From a candidate division WWE3 bacterium (GTDB lineage Bacteria; Patescibacteriota; WWE3; UBA101185; UBA10185), in contig WJKK01000001.1 in assembly GCA_014729135.1 (NCBI GenBank), positions 389,462 to 453,461 on the forward strand: a DNA stretch of 64,000 nucleotides, written 5' to 3'. Shown piece after piece: positions 10,146 to 17,868 of this stretch. Below the pieces are notes generated by a model. It was not told where the DNA came from, did not search any database, and worked only from the letters and a program-made list of their open reading frames with translations. A program made the position numbers and the translations under genes. Every line of letters begins with the position of its first letter. The first letter of the stretch is position 1.

Positions 10146-10763
10146 ATGCGTCTAATGGTAATGGGACCTCAAGGTTCGGGAAAAGGTACAACGGGTAAGA
10201 TGCTGGCAGATCACCTGAATCTTCCTTTTATTTCTCTTGGTAAAGTTTTTCGAGAAATTCCTCAAGATCACGCACTTTATGATGCCATTGACCAGGCCAT
10301 GGATGCAGGAGAGTTAGTTCCTCTACCTATAAGTTCTAAAATTATTGCAGAAAGGTTGGCCCAACCGGATTGTTCCAACGGTTTTGTCCTTGATGGTTGG
10401 TGTCGCAGAATGGAAGACTTGCATGCTTATGATCCTAATCCTGACACCGTTTTAGTTCTAGACATCTCCCGTGAAACCTCCATTAAAAGGATAACCGGAC
10501 GCCGAATCTGCACCTCCGATGGGAAAAATTACAACATCTACACACTTCCAAAAGAGCAGCTAAAAGAATGTAAGGGTGAACTAATTCAGCGGGAAGACGA
10601 CACCAAAGAAGCCGTAGAAACACGCTTAAACATTTACTACACACAAACCAAAGAGGTAATTGAACACTTTAAAAAACAGGGTATAGTAAAAACTATAGAT
10701 GCTGAAGGCCCTCCTGAAGAGGTCTTTGAGAATGCCTTAGAAGCTTTAAATTCTGCCTCTTAA
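10146..10763 (+). CDS. adk: adenylate kinase
   Basis: GPQGSGKGT P-loop, GELVP, GFVLDG, LIQREDD. Confidence 0.95.
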   Translation: MRLMVMGPQGSGKGTTGKMLADHLNLPFISLGKVFREIPQDHALYDAIDQAMDAGELVPLPISSKIIAERLAQPDCSNGFVLDGWCRRMEDLHAYDPNPDTVLVLDISRETSIKRITGRRICTSDGKNYNIYTLPKEQLKECKGELIQREDDTKEAVETRLNIYYTQTKEVIEHFKKQGIVKTIDAEGPPEEVFENALEALNSAS

Positions 10764-10769
10764 GTTACA

Positions 10770-11507
10770 ATGAAACCAAAATTCCAGAAAAAGTTTGAGG
10801 CAATGAGGCAGGCAGGTCAAATTAGTGCCCTTGCTTTACAAAAAGTCTTAGAAAAGGCAGCTCCCGGAGTAACTTTACAGGAGTTGGATGAACTTGCGGA
10901 AGAAATCATCCTTTCTAAAGGAGCAGAGCCCGGTTTTAAGCGTATGCCGGGATATAATTACACTACTTGTACAAATGTTAATGAAGGGCTTGTGCATGGC
11001 CTTCCTACGGACTATGCGTTAAAGGAGGGGGATTTGCTTAGTGTGGATTTGGGAGCTTACTACAAAGGATACAATTCTGATCAATGTTGGACCGTGGAAA
11101 TAGGTACAAATAAGCATGCCGATTTTCTAGAAGTCGGTGAGAAAACACTAGAACTGGCTATATCAAAAGCAATTCCCGGTAATAGAGTAGGAGACATCTC
11201 GGCAGCAATTCAAGACTCCATCGAATCTGCCGGATATACGGTATCACGTTCTCTGGTTGGACATGGTGTAGGAAAAAAGCTTCATGAACCTCCTCAGATT
11301 CCCGGATTTAAAGGCCCCAATAAAGGTAAAAAGCTTAAAGAAGGCATGACATTGGCCATAGAAGTTATATATCAAAAGGGTGACTATCCTATAAAGGAGG
11401 CAGATGATGGTTGGACAATCGAAACAGCTGATAAAAGTTTAGCAGCCGTGTTTGAACATTCCATTGGAGTTACGAATACAAAACCTTTAGTTTTCACTGA
11501 CTTTTAG
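10770..11507 (+). CDS. map: methionine aminopeptidase type I
   Basis: VHGLP, SVDLG, GHGVGKKLHEPP, AIE, FEHS. Confidence 0.97.
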   Translation: MKPKFQKKFEAMRQAGQISALALQKVLEKAAPGVTLQELDELAEEIILSKGAEPGFKRMPGYNYTTCTNVNEGLVHGLPTDYALKEGDLLSVDLGAYYKGYNSDQCWTVEIGTNKHADFLEVGEKTLELAISKAIPGNRVGDISAAIQDSIESAGYTVSRSLVGHGVGKKLHEPPQIPGFKGPNKGKKLKEGMTLAIEVIYQKGDYPIKEADDGWTIETADKSLAAVFEHSIGVTNTKPLVFTDF

Positions 11508-11563
11508 GTAAAATTGGTTGACCCGGCGATAAGTATTTGTTATTATCTACCCCGTCGTAAATC

Positions 11564-11782
11564 ATGGGAAAAAAAGTAGTAGAAAAAGATGCAACTGTAA
11601 CAAAAGTTCTAACCGGCGGAATGTTCCGCTTGGAATTAGATGATACAGGTGAGGAAGCAATAGGCGTTATTTCCGGAAAGATAAGGAAATTCCGCATTCG
11701 AATCCTTGCTGGAGATCGCGTTAAAGTTGAATTCTCGCCTCATGATTTAACGCGCGGAAGAATAACTTATAGGTATAAGTAA
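11564..11782 (+). CDS. infA: translation initiation factor IF-1
   Basis: ISGKIR...IRILAGDRVKVE...GRITYR. Confidence 0.98.
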   Translation: MGKKVVEKDATVTKVLTGGMFRLELDDTGEEAIGVISGKIRKFRIRILAGDRVKVEFSPHDLTRGRITYRYK

Positions 11783-11899
11783 ATGAAAGTAAGACCATCT
11801 GTTAAAAAAATATGCAAAGATTGCAAACTAATAAAAAGAAAAGGTGTTTTATATGTTTATTGTAAGAGGAATCCTCGACACAATCAGAGACAGGGCTAA
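11783..11899 (+). CDS. rpmJ: 50S ribosomal protein L36 (not in ORF track)
   Basis: manual translation [38 protein letters not shown]. Confidence 0.97.
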   Translation: MKVRPSVKKICKDCKLIKRKGVLYVYCKRNPRHNQRQG

Positions 11900-11906
11900 C
11901 TGATAT

Positions 11907-12293
11907 ATGGCACGTGTTTCCGGAGTAGAAATTCCCGACAATAAAAAAGCAAAAATTTCTTTGACTTATGTAAAGGGTATTGGACGTGCCTTGGCAAAAG
12001 ACGTCTTGGAGAAGGCCGGTATTGATCCCGAAGCAAGAGTAAAAGACTTGAATGAAACTGCTATTGCTTCTATTAACAAGACTATTTCTGCTATGGAAAT
12101 TCCTGTAGAAGGAGAGCTTAGAAGAATAGTCCGTGCTAATATCAAGCGCCTAAAGGATATCGGTAGTTACAGAGGCCTTCGGCACAAGCAGGGACTCCCT
12201 GTTAGAGGACAGCGAACAAGTCGCAATGCGCGAACCCGAAAAGGTCCTCGTAAGACTGTTGGTGGAATTAAGCGCACATTAACTAAGACATAA
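11907..12293 (+). CDS. rpsM: 30S ribosomal protein S13
   Basis: [16 protein letters not shown]. Confidence 0.98.
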   Translation: MARVSGVEIPDNKKAKISLTYVKGIGRALAKDVLEKAGIDPEARVKDLNETAIASINKTISAMEIPVEGELRRIVRANIKRLKDIGSYRGLRHKQGLPVRGQRTSRNARTRKGPRKTVGGIKRTLTKT

Positions 12294-12306
12294 TAATTTT
12301 ATAAAT

Positions 12307-12702
12307 ATGGCAAAAACTAAGAAAAAAACAGCAAAAAAGAGATCCGTAAAAAGTGCTCCTGAGTCAGGAAGAGCTTACATTTCAGCAGGATTTAATAACA
12401 CGCTTGTCACTATTACCGATGCTGAAGGCAATACTTTGTTTTCGGGAAGTGCAGGCGCCTCCGGATTTAGAGGTTCGCGCAAGTCAACTCCATTTGCAGC
12501 TGCTACAGCTGCTGAAAATACCGCCAAACAAGCTTTAAATGCCGGATTAAGAGAAGTTGCTGTTATTGTAAAAGGACCCGGTTATGGTAGAATTTCCGCT
12601 ATTAAAGCTCTAAAAAGTGCAGGTTTAAAAATATTGTCAATTTCGGACGTAACCCCCATCCCTCATAACGGATGCCGTCCTAAAAAGGAGCGAAGAGTTT
12701 AA
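12307..12702 (+). CDS. rpsK: 30S ribosomal protein S11
   Basis: KSTPFAA...[12 protein letters not shown]. Confidence 0.98.
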   Translation: MAKTKKKTAKKRSVKSAPESGRAYISAGFNNTLVTITDAEGNTLFSGSAGASGFRGSRKSTPFAAATAAENTAKQALNAGLREVAVIVKGPGYGRISAIKALKSAGLKILSISDVTPIPHNGCRPKKERRV

Positions 12703-12726
12703 GGAGGGTTAAAAAAGGATTTTATT

Positions 12727-13329
12727 ATGTCAAGAATTCACGGACCAAAATGTAAATTATGTCGACGCGCAGGCGTTAAGCTCTATTTAAAAGGCACCCG
12801 TTGTGATACCGAAAAATGTGCCATGAACAAGCGCCCTTATGCTCCCGGACAACACGGAAGCAGACGCAGCCGAAAATCGGAATATGCCGAGCAACTAAGA
12901 GAAAAGCAAAAGGCCAAGTGGATTTACGGCATTATGGAAAGGCAATTTCGACGCTATGTAGCAGAAGCCATGGACGGTGAGGGTGTTGCAGGTGAAAACT
13001 TGTACCGCATTTTAGAATCTCGTATTGACAATGTAGTTTATCGCAGTGGTTTAGCAGTTTCCAGAGCACAGGCTCGCCAAATGGTCCGCTCGGGCCTCTT
13101 CATGGTAAATGACAAAGTCGTCATGACCCCTTCTTTAATGGTTGGTCCCGGTGACGTCATAAAACCTGTAGATTTTTCAAAAGTTCACTTAAGAGAAGGA
13201 TTTGTTTTACCCGAATGGATTAGTGCAAACGTAAAAGAGCGCTACGTAAAATATGAGAGAATACCAACAATGGAAGATTTTAACGAAAATTATGAAGTTC
13301 AGCCAATTATAGATTTCTACTCCAGATAA
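12727..13329 (+). CDS. rpsD: 30S ribosomal protein S4
   Basis: CKLCRR Zn motif, QLREKQK, LESRIDNVVYR. Confidence 0.98.
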   Translation: MSRIHGPKCKLCRRAGVKLYLKGTRCDTEKCAMNKRPYAPGQHGSRRSRKSEYAEQLREKQKAKWIYGIMERQFRRYVAEAMDGEGVAGENLYRILESRIDNVVYRSGLAVSRAQARQMVRSGLFMVNDKVVMTPSLMVGPGDVIKPVDFSKVHLREGFVLPEWISANVKERYVKYERIPTMEDFNENYEVQPIIDFYSR

Positions 13330-13348
13330 GAAAGGATTTCCTACTATT

Positions 13349-14272
13349 ATGATAAAACCTGTAGATTTAAAAATTAATACTGTTAAAGAAAGCGAGACCG
13401 AAGCTGTATATACTTTTGAGCCCCTTCCTAAGGGATATGGGCACACAATGGGGAGCGTTTTGCGCCGTGTGCTTCTAACTTCCGTTGAAGGAGCTGCTGT
13501 AACTCAGTTTACGGTTAAAGGTGTTAAGCACCAATTTTCCACTATTGAAGGTGTTAAAGAAGATGTAGTTGAGATTACGCTAAATTTAAAGAACCTTCGT
13601 TTTAAGAAGTTTAATGAAAATGCTGTTGTTGCTACTTTGTCAGCCGACAAAAAGGGAGTTATTACAGCCGGTGATTTAGATCATCCTTCAGATATTGAGG
13701 TTGTAAATCCCGAGGCTCCTATTGCAACAATTACAAAAGATGGTACTAAGCTGGAGATGGAGCTGATCATAGAAAGCGGTTATGGTTATTCTCCTTCTGA
13801 GGACCGCGAAACAGATAAGATCGGCGAGATTTTGCTTGATGCCTTGTTTACGCCTGTTTTGGAGGTTTCCTATGAAGTTACTCCTACTCGTTTCGGTAAA
13901 AAGGTAGATTTGGATGAGTTGACGCTTAAGATTAAAACGGATGGTTCTGTTGAGCCTAAGGAAGCGTTATTGGGAAGCTCCCGTTTGGTTAAAGCCTTCT
14001 TTGAAAAGTTAATCCTTTGGGAGGATGCGGAAGACGTTACTGAGGAAGAATTGGAAGAGGTTGAGGCTCCCGAGGATTTGAAGAAGACTTCTACTTCTGT
14101 TGCAGACTTACCCCTGCCTACAAGAACGGTAAATGCTTTGCAGAAAGCAGGAGTTAAGAACCTTTCGGACTTGGCAGGTAAATCTGAAGAGGAATTGATG
14201 GACATTAAGAACGTTGGTAAAAAATCCCTAGAGGAGATTATAAAATTGCTTAAGGAAGAGGATTTAGCCTAA
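13349..14272 (+). CDS. rpoA: RNA polymerase subunit alpha
   Basis: EPLPKGYGHT.G..LRRVLL, GVKEDVVEI, C-terminal HhH. Confidence 0.98.
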   Translation: MIKPVDLKINTVKESETEAVYTFEPLPKGYGHTMGSVLRRVLLTSVEGAAVTQFTVKGVKHQFSTIEGVKEDVVEITLNLKNLRFKKFNENAVVATLSADKKGVITAGDLDHPSDIEVVNPEAPIATITKDGTKLEMELIIESGYGYSPSEDRETDKIGEILLDALFTPVLEVSYEVTPTRFGKKVDLDELTLKIKTDGSVEPKEALLGSSRLVKAFFEKLILWEDAEDVTEEELEEVEAPEDLKKTSTSVADLPLPTRTVNALQKAGVKNLSDLAGKSEEELMDIKNVGKKSLEEIIKLLKEEDLA

Positions 14273-14299
14273 GAGCTTTCGGTAAATCCGTTATTTTTT

Positions 14300-14674
14300 A
14301 TGCGTCATCGTGTTAAAGGTAAAAAGTTGGGGCGAGATGCCTCACACAGAAAAGCTCTTTGCAGAAATTTAGCTTCAAGTTTAATTGAGCATGGAGAGGT
14401 TGTGACTACGTTGGCTAAGGCCAAGTACATTCGTCCTTATGTTGAAAAACTTGTTACTAAGGCAAATAAAAAGGATACTATGAATGCACGCAGGTTTTTA
14501 AGAACGAAACTGGTTAATGATGCTGTTGTGGAGACCTTAATTAATGAAGTAGCTCCAAAGTTTAAGGATCGTGCAGGGGGATATACTCGGATTGTGCGCG
14601 TAGGTAACCGCTCCGGCGATAATTCTATGCTAGCTAGAATATCCTTTGTAGATGGTAGTAAAGGCAAGAAGTAG
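14300..14674 (+). CDS. rplQ: 50S ribosomal protein L17
   Basis: MRHR..GKKLGR...GGYTRI. Confidence 0.98.
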   Translation: MRHRVKGKKLGRDASHRKALCRNLASSLIEHGEVVTTLAKAKYIRPYVEKLVTKANKKDTMNARRFLRTKLVNDAVVETLINEVAPKFKDRAGGYTRIVRVGNRSGDNSMLARISFVDGSKGKK

Positions 14675-14680
14675 CAAAAA

Positions 14681-15172
14681 ATGAAAATAACTAATAAGAC
14701 ATACATGGAAAAGAAAAATAATGTCCGGCGGGATTGGCATCTGTTTGATGCTGAAGGGAAAGTTTTGGGAGATTTTGCTGCCGAAGTTGCTAAGAAGCTT
14801 ATTGGTAAGGGGAAGCCTACTTTTACACCGCATATTAATGTTGGGGATAAGGTCGTTGTAATTAATGCTAAGCGGATTGAGGTTTCAGGTACAAAGGAAA
14901 AGAACAAGAAGTATTTTTGGCACACAGGCTATCCGGGAGGAATTAAGTTTTTAACTTTTGAGCAGTTAATGGCTAAGAATCCTGCTAGAGTTATTGAGAA
15001 GGCCGTTAAAGGGATGCTTCCGCGAAATAAGCTTTTGAAAGAGCGTATGAAGAATCTTTATGTTTATGCAGAAGGTGATCATCCTCATGCGGGGCAGTTG
15101 ACAGATAATAAAGGGAATAGCGATGTAAATTTAGAAAATAACAAAGGTACAGCAAAAAAGGAGGAAAAGTAA
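14681..15172 (+). CDS. rplM: 50S ribosomal protein L13
   Basis: GKGKPTFTPH..GD.VVVINA...HTGYPGG...AVKGMLP. Confidence 0.98.
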   Translation: MKITNKTYMEKKNNVRRDWHLFDAEGKVLGDFAAEVAKKLIGKGKPTFTPHINVGDKVVVINAKRIEVSGTKEKNKKYFWHTGYPGGIKFLTFEQLMAKNPARVIEKAVKGMLPRNKLLKERMKNLYVYAEGDHPHAGQLTDNKGNSDVNLENNKGTAKKEEK

Positions 15173-15595
15173 ATGGCGGAAACTAAAACTAATACAAAAA
15201 AAGATTTAATTACAGGCACTGGTCGAAGGAAGACTGCTGTAGCAAGAGTGTTTATGTATCCGGGTGGGGGGAGTGTTTTAGTTAATGATGTTCCTATTGA
15301 AGAATACTTTTCTGATTTGCCTTATCAAAAGGATGGATGGAAACGTCCTTTTAACCTTTTAGATATTAAACCTGAAGAAGCTTATGATGTAAGCATTAAA
15401 GTTCATGGCTCAGGTAAGTCAGCTCAAATGGATGCGGTTGTTCATGGAGTTTCTTGGGCTCTTGCTAATGCTAACCCTGACTATGCTGTTGTTATGCGAA
15501 AGAACGATCTATTGACACGTGACTCACGAATGGTAGAGCGCAAAAAGTATTGGTTGCGTAAGGCTCGAAAAGCCCCTCAGTATTCGAAGCGTTAA
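15173..15595 (+). CDS. rpsI: 30S ribosomal protein S9
   Basis: GTGRRKTAVARV...ERKK...QYSKR. Confidence 0.98.
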   Translation: MAETKTNTKKDLITGTGRRKTAVARVFMYPGGGSVLVNDVPIEEYFSDLPYQKDGWKRPFNLLDIKPEEAYDVSIKVHGSGKSAQMDAVVHGVSWALANANPDYAVVMRKNDLLTRDSRMVERKKYWLRKARKAPQYSKR

Positions 15596-15609
15596 TATTG
15601 GACGTTTGT

Positions 15610-15939
15610 TTAGACTTGGTTTTGTTCCCGGGGTTTTCCCTTACTATCCACTAAACTCGTATAGCGACCTCCCAAAAGTTCCTCAATTTCTTTCATTTGG
15701 TAGCGAATCTTTTGCAACCTTTCAAGGATCATCTTTTTTGTTTTAATGTTTGGAGCTTTAATATGCCCGCAATACGTATCCGAAATTTTTTCCAATACCT
15801 TCAAAGGCGGAACTACTTTACCCGTTTCATAGGCAGAAACTGTTTTCCCTGAAATTCCTATCTTTTGTCCGAATCTACTTTGGGACAGTCCTTGTTCTTT
15901 TCTTAAATTTTTAATCTGTTTTCCGGGATTTGAATTCAT
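15610..15939 (-). CDS. XRE-family HTH transcriptional regulator
   Basis: IKNLRKEQGLSQ..FG..IGIS..TVSAYETG..P HTH_3 pattern with a C-terminal coiled coil. Confidence 0.9.
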   Translation of the reverse strand: MNSNPGKQIKNLRKEQGLSQSRFGQKIGISGKTVSAYETGKVVPPLKVLEKISDTYCGHIKAPNIKTKKMILERLQKIRYQMKEIEELLGGRYTSLVDSKGKPREQNQV

Positions 15940-15949
15940 TTTTTCAAAA

Positions 15950-16003
15950 TCTAGTTTAACTAGAATATACCCTATTTCAATTTGAGTTGCAATAACCTAG
16001 AAT
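15950..16003. promoter_or_regulatory. divergent promoters plus palindromic operator (xre/radC)
   Basis: palindrome TCTAGTT-T-AACTAGA at 15950-15964; minus strand TTGCAA-17-TATATT; plus strand TTTCAA-17-TAGAAT. Confidence 0.6.
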
Positions 16004-16009
16004 GTATGT

Positions 16010-16711
16010 ATGAAGAAAACTTTACATGAATTACCCATAACAGAGCTTCCAAGAGAGCGTATGCTTAAATTTGGAGGCCGAGCTTTATCCGATACTGAAC
16101 TTCTTGCGCTTCTTTTGCGTTCAGGAGGTCCCAATTTAAACGCTTTACAGTTAGCGCAATATTTATTATCAGAGTTTGGAAATTTACGCCAACTTTTAGC
16201 AGCAGATGTGGAGCAGTTAAAAAAAGTGAAGTACTTGGGGGAGGCTAAAGTTTGTTCCTTAAAAGCCGTTAAAGAATTAGCTAAAAGATGCATTGCTATA
16301 GGAGAAATACGTAAGCCTCACGTAGAAACTCCCGAGGAAGTATATGATTTACTTTTACCTCTGACTTTAGGTGAGGAAAAAGAGCACCTCTATTTACTTA
16401 GTCTAGATCTAAACGGAAATTTAATAAAGTTAAGTCTAATTTCCATGGGGAGTTTAACGCAAACCTTAGCAGACACTCGTGAAATCCTTCGAACGGCGTT
16501 ATTAAAAGGGGCAGTTTCAGTAATTCTTGCACACAACCATCCCAATAATAACCCCAAACCAAGCGACCCCGACAAACAACTCACAAAAGAAATCGCTCTA
16601 GCCTGCCCAAAAGTAGGCCTAAACTTTTTGGATCACATAATTGTCACAAACTCGGGATACTTCAGTTTCAAGCTTGCCGGATTATTAAATTACAAATCAG
16701 AAAGGAGGTGA
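16010..16711 (+). CDS. radC: RadC/JAB-domain protein
   Basis: PRERML..G..ALSD.ELLALLLRSG, HhH region, and JAB motif E...HNHP...PS..D...LDHII. Confidence 0.95.
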   Translation: MKKTLHELPITELPRERMLKFGGRALSDTELLALLLRSGGPNLNALQLAQYLLSEFGNLRQLLAADVEQLKKVKYLGEAKVCSLKAVKELAKRCIAIGEIRKPHVETPEEVYDLLLPLTLGEEKEHLYLLSLDLNGNLIKLSLISMGSLTQTLADTREILRTALLKGAVSVILAHNHPNNNPKPSDPDKQLTKEIALACPKVGLNFLDHIIVTNSGYFSFKLAGLLNYKSERR

Positions 16712-16715
16712 AAAT

Positions 16716-17321
16716 ATGAAACTTAAACAGTTTAAGCCAAAGAAAGCTTTATATGTCTATGGTTCTTTAGTGCTGCTCTTGGTGCTGACTTTAGGAGTTA
16801 CGTTTGCGACTTTTACGGACACGTTAGACTTTGGAGGAGCTATGTTCTCTGTGGCCAACTCTGAAGTCAAGTTGCTGGATGCAATCGGGGGAGGGATTGA
16901 TCCTAGCAACCTTGTAGATTCAAAGCCCGGTCCTCAGTTTGATAACGTAGCGGGAGGTTGGTTTGCGGATTATCCTGTGGAGATCTACAGTAATGCAACT
17001 ACGGATGTGAATTTGTGGTCTTGGGCTAATTATGAGGATGTAGCTGTAAATGACCCTGCAGAGCTTCGTCAGTACATTTATGTTGAGATTCTGGATTGGA
17101 CGGATGCCAATGGAGACGGTATGCCCGAGCAATCTGAATTTGGTAGCAGCTATGGACGAAAGACGATCTTAAAGTGGAATACGGAAGGCATTGATCTGGG
17201 AACTTTGTCGCCCGGAGAAGTGCGTTCTTTAGCGCTAAGGTTTAGTGTAGATAGCTTGTCGAATGCAAAGCAAGGTGAAAGTTTGCTTTACGATTTCGAG
17301 TTTGAAGCACTAGGGCTCTAG
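16716..17321 (+). CDS. TasA/CalY-like secreted protein with SipW-type signal peptide
   Basis: basic N-terminus + hydrophobic stretch + GVTFA-TFTD; C-terminal NAKQGESLLYDFEFEA resembles the TasA/CalY end; adjacent to sipW; strong SD AGGAGGTG. Confidence 0.7.
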   Translation: MKLKQFKPKKALYVYGSLVLLLVLTLGVTFATFTDTLDFGGAMFSVANSEVKLLDAIGGGIDPSNLVDSKPGPQFDNVAGGWFADYPVEIYSNATTDVNLWSWANYEDVAVNDPAELRQYIYVEILDWTDANGDGMPEQSEFGSSYGRKTILKWNTEGIDLGTLSPGEVRSLALRFSVDSLSNAKQGESLLYDFEFEALGL

Positions 17322-17391
17322 TTACCTTAGTTAAAGCGCCCTTGGAGGTACTTTTCGGCCGACTCCGGGGGTGTGCGCTGATTTGAAAAAT

Positions 17392-17856
17392 ATGCAATAC
17401 AAAAAAGTCCCTCAATACATCTTAGCTTTCCTAGCAGGCATAGGAGCATTTGCACTTACACTTCGTTTTGAGCTCCTTCTTGTGCAAACTTCCTCCATGG
17501 AGCCAACAATCCCAAAAGCAACAATAATCCTGGTGGATAAGACGGCCCCTTACAAAAAAGGCGACGTAATAACCTTTAAAATAAAAGATTCCTTAGTTAC
17601 TCATCGGCTCATTCAGACCAAAACCACTGAAAACAACCGCTTTCTTACAACTAAAGGTGACGCCAATAACTATATCGACAAAATTCCTCTAACAAGCAAA
17701 GACGTTTTAGGTCGTGTAATTTTCACCTTTCCCTACTTGGGCTATGCTGTTATGTGTTTAATACATCCCTTGTTTTTGCTTTTGTTCTTTTATATTCCGG
17801 TAGGTCATTACTTTGGAAAAATGTCCAAAAAATTTGTAAACCAAATTCGCAATTGA
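17392..17856 (+). CDS. sipW: signal peptidase I, SipW/S26B type
   Basis: SSMEP, GDVITF, VTHR (Ser-His), TKGDAN..D and a C-terminal TM. Confidence 0.88.
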   Translation: MQYKKVPQYILAFLAGIGAFALTLRFELLLVQTSSMEPTIPKATIILVDKTAPYKKGDVITFKIKDSLVTHRLIQTKTTENNRFLTTKGDANNYIDKIPLTSKDVLGRVIFTFPYLGYAVMCLIHPLFLLLFFYIPVGHYFGKMSKKFVNQIRN

Positions 17857-17868
17857 TATGCTTAAATC

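Noticed and set aside
530-14925. Numerous antisense or alternate-frame ORFs over ribosomal protein genes
   Set aside because: They almost entirely overlap well-supported conserved genes and have no recognisable motifs.
15610-16711. xre + radC as a prophage or ICE remnant
   Set aside because: No integrase, att repeats or phage genes; RadC is the full-length chromosomal type.
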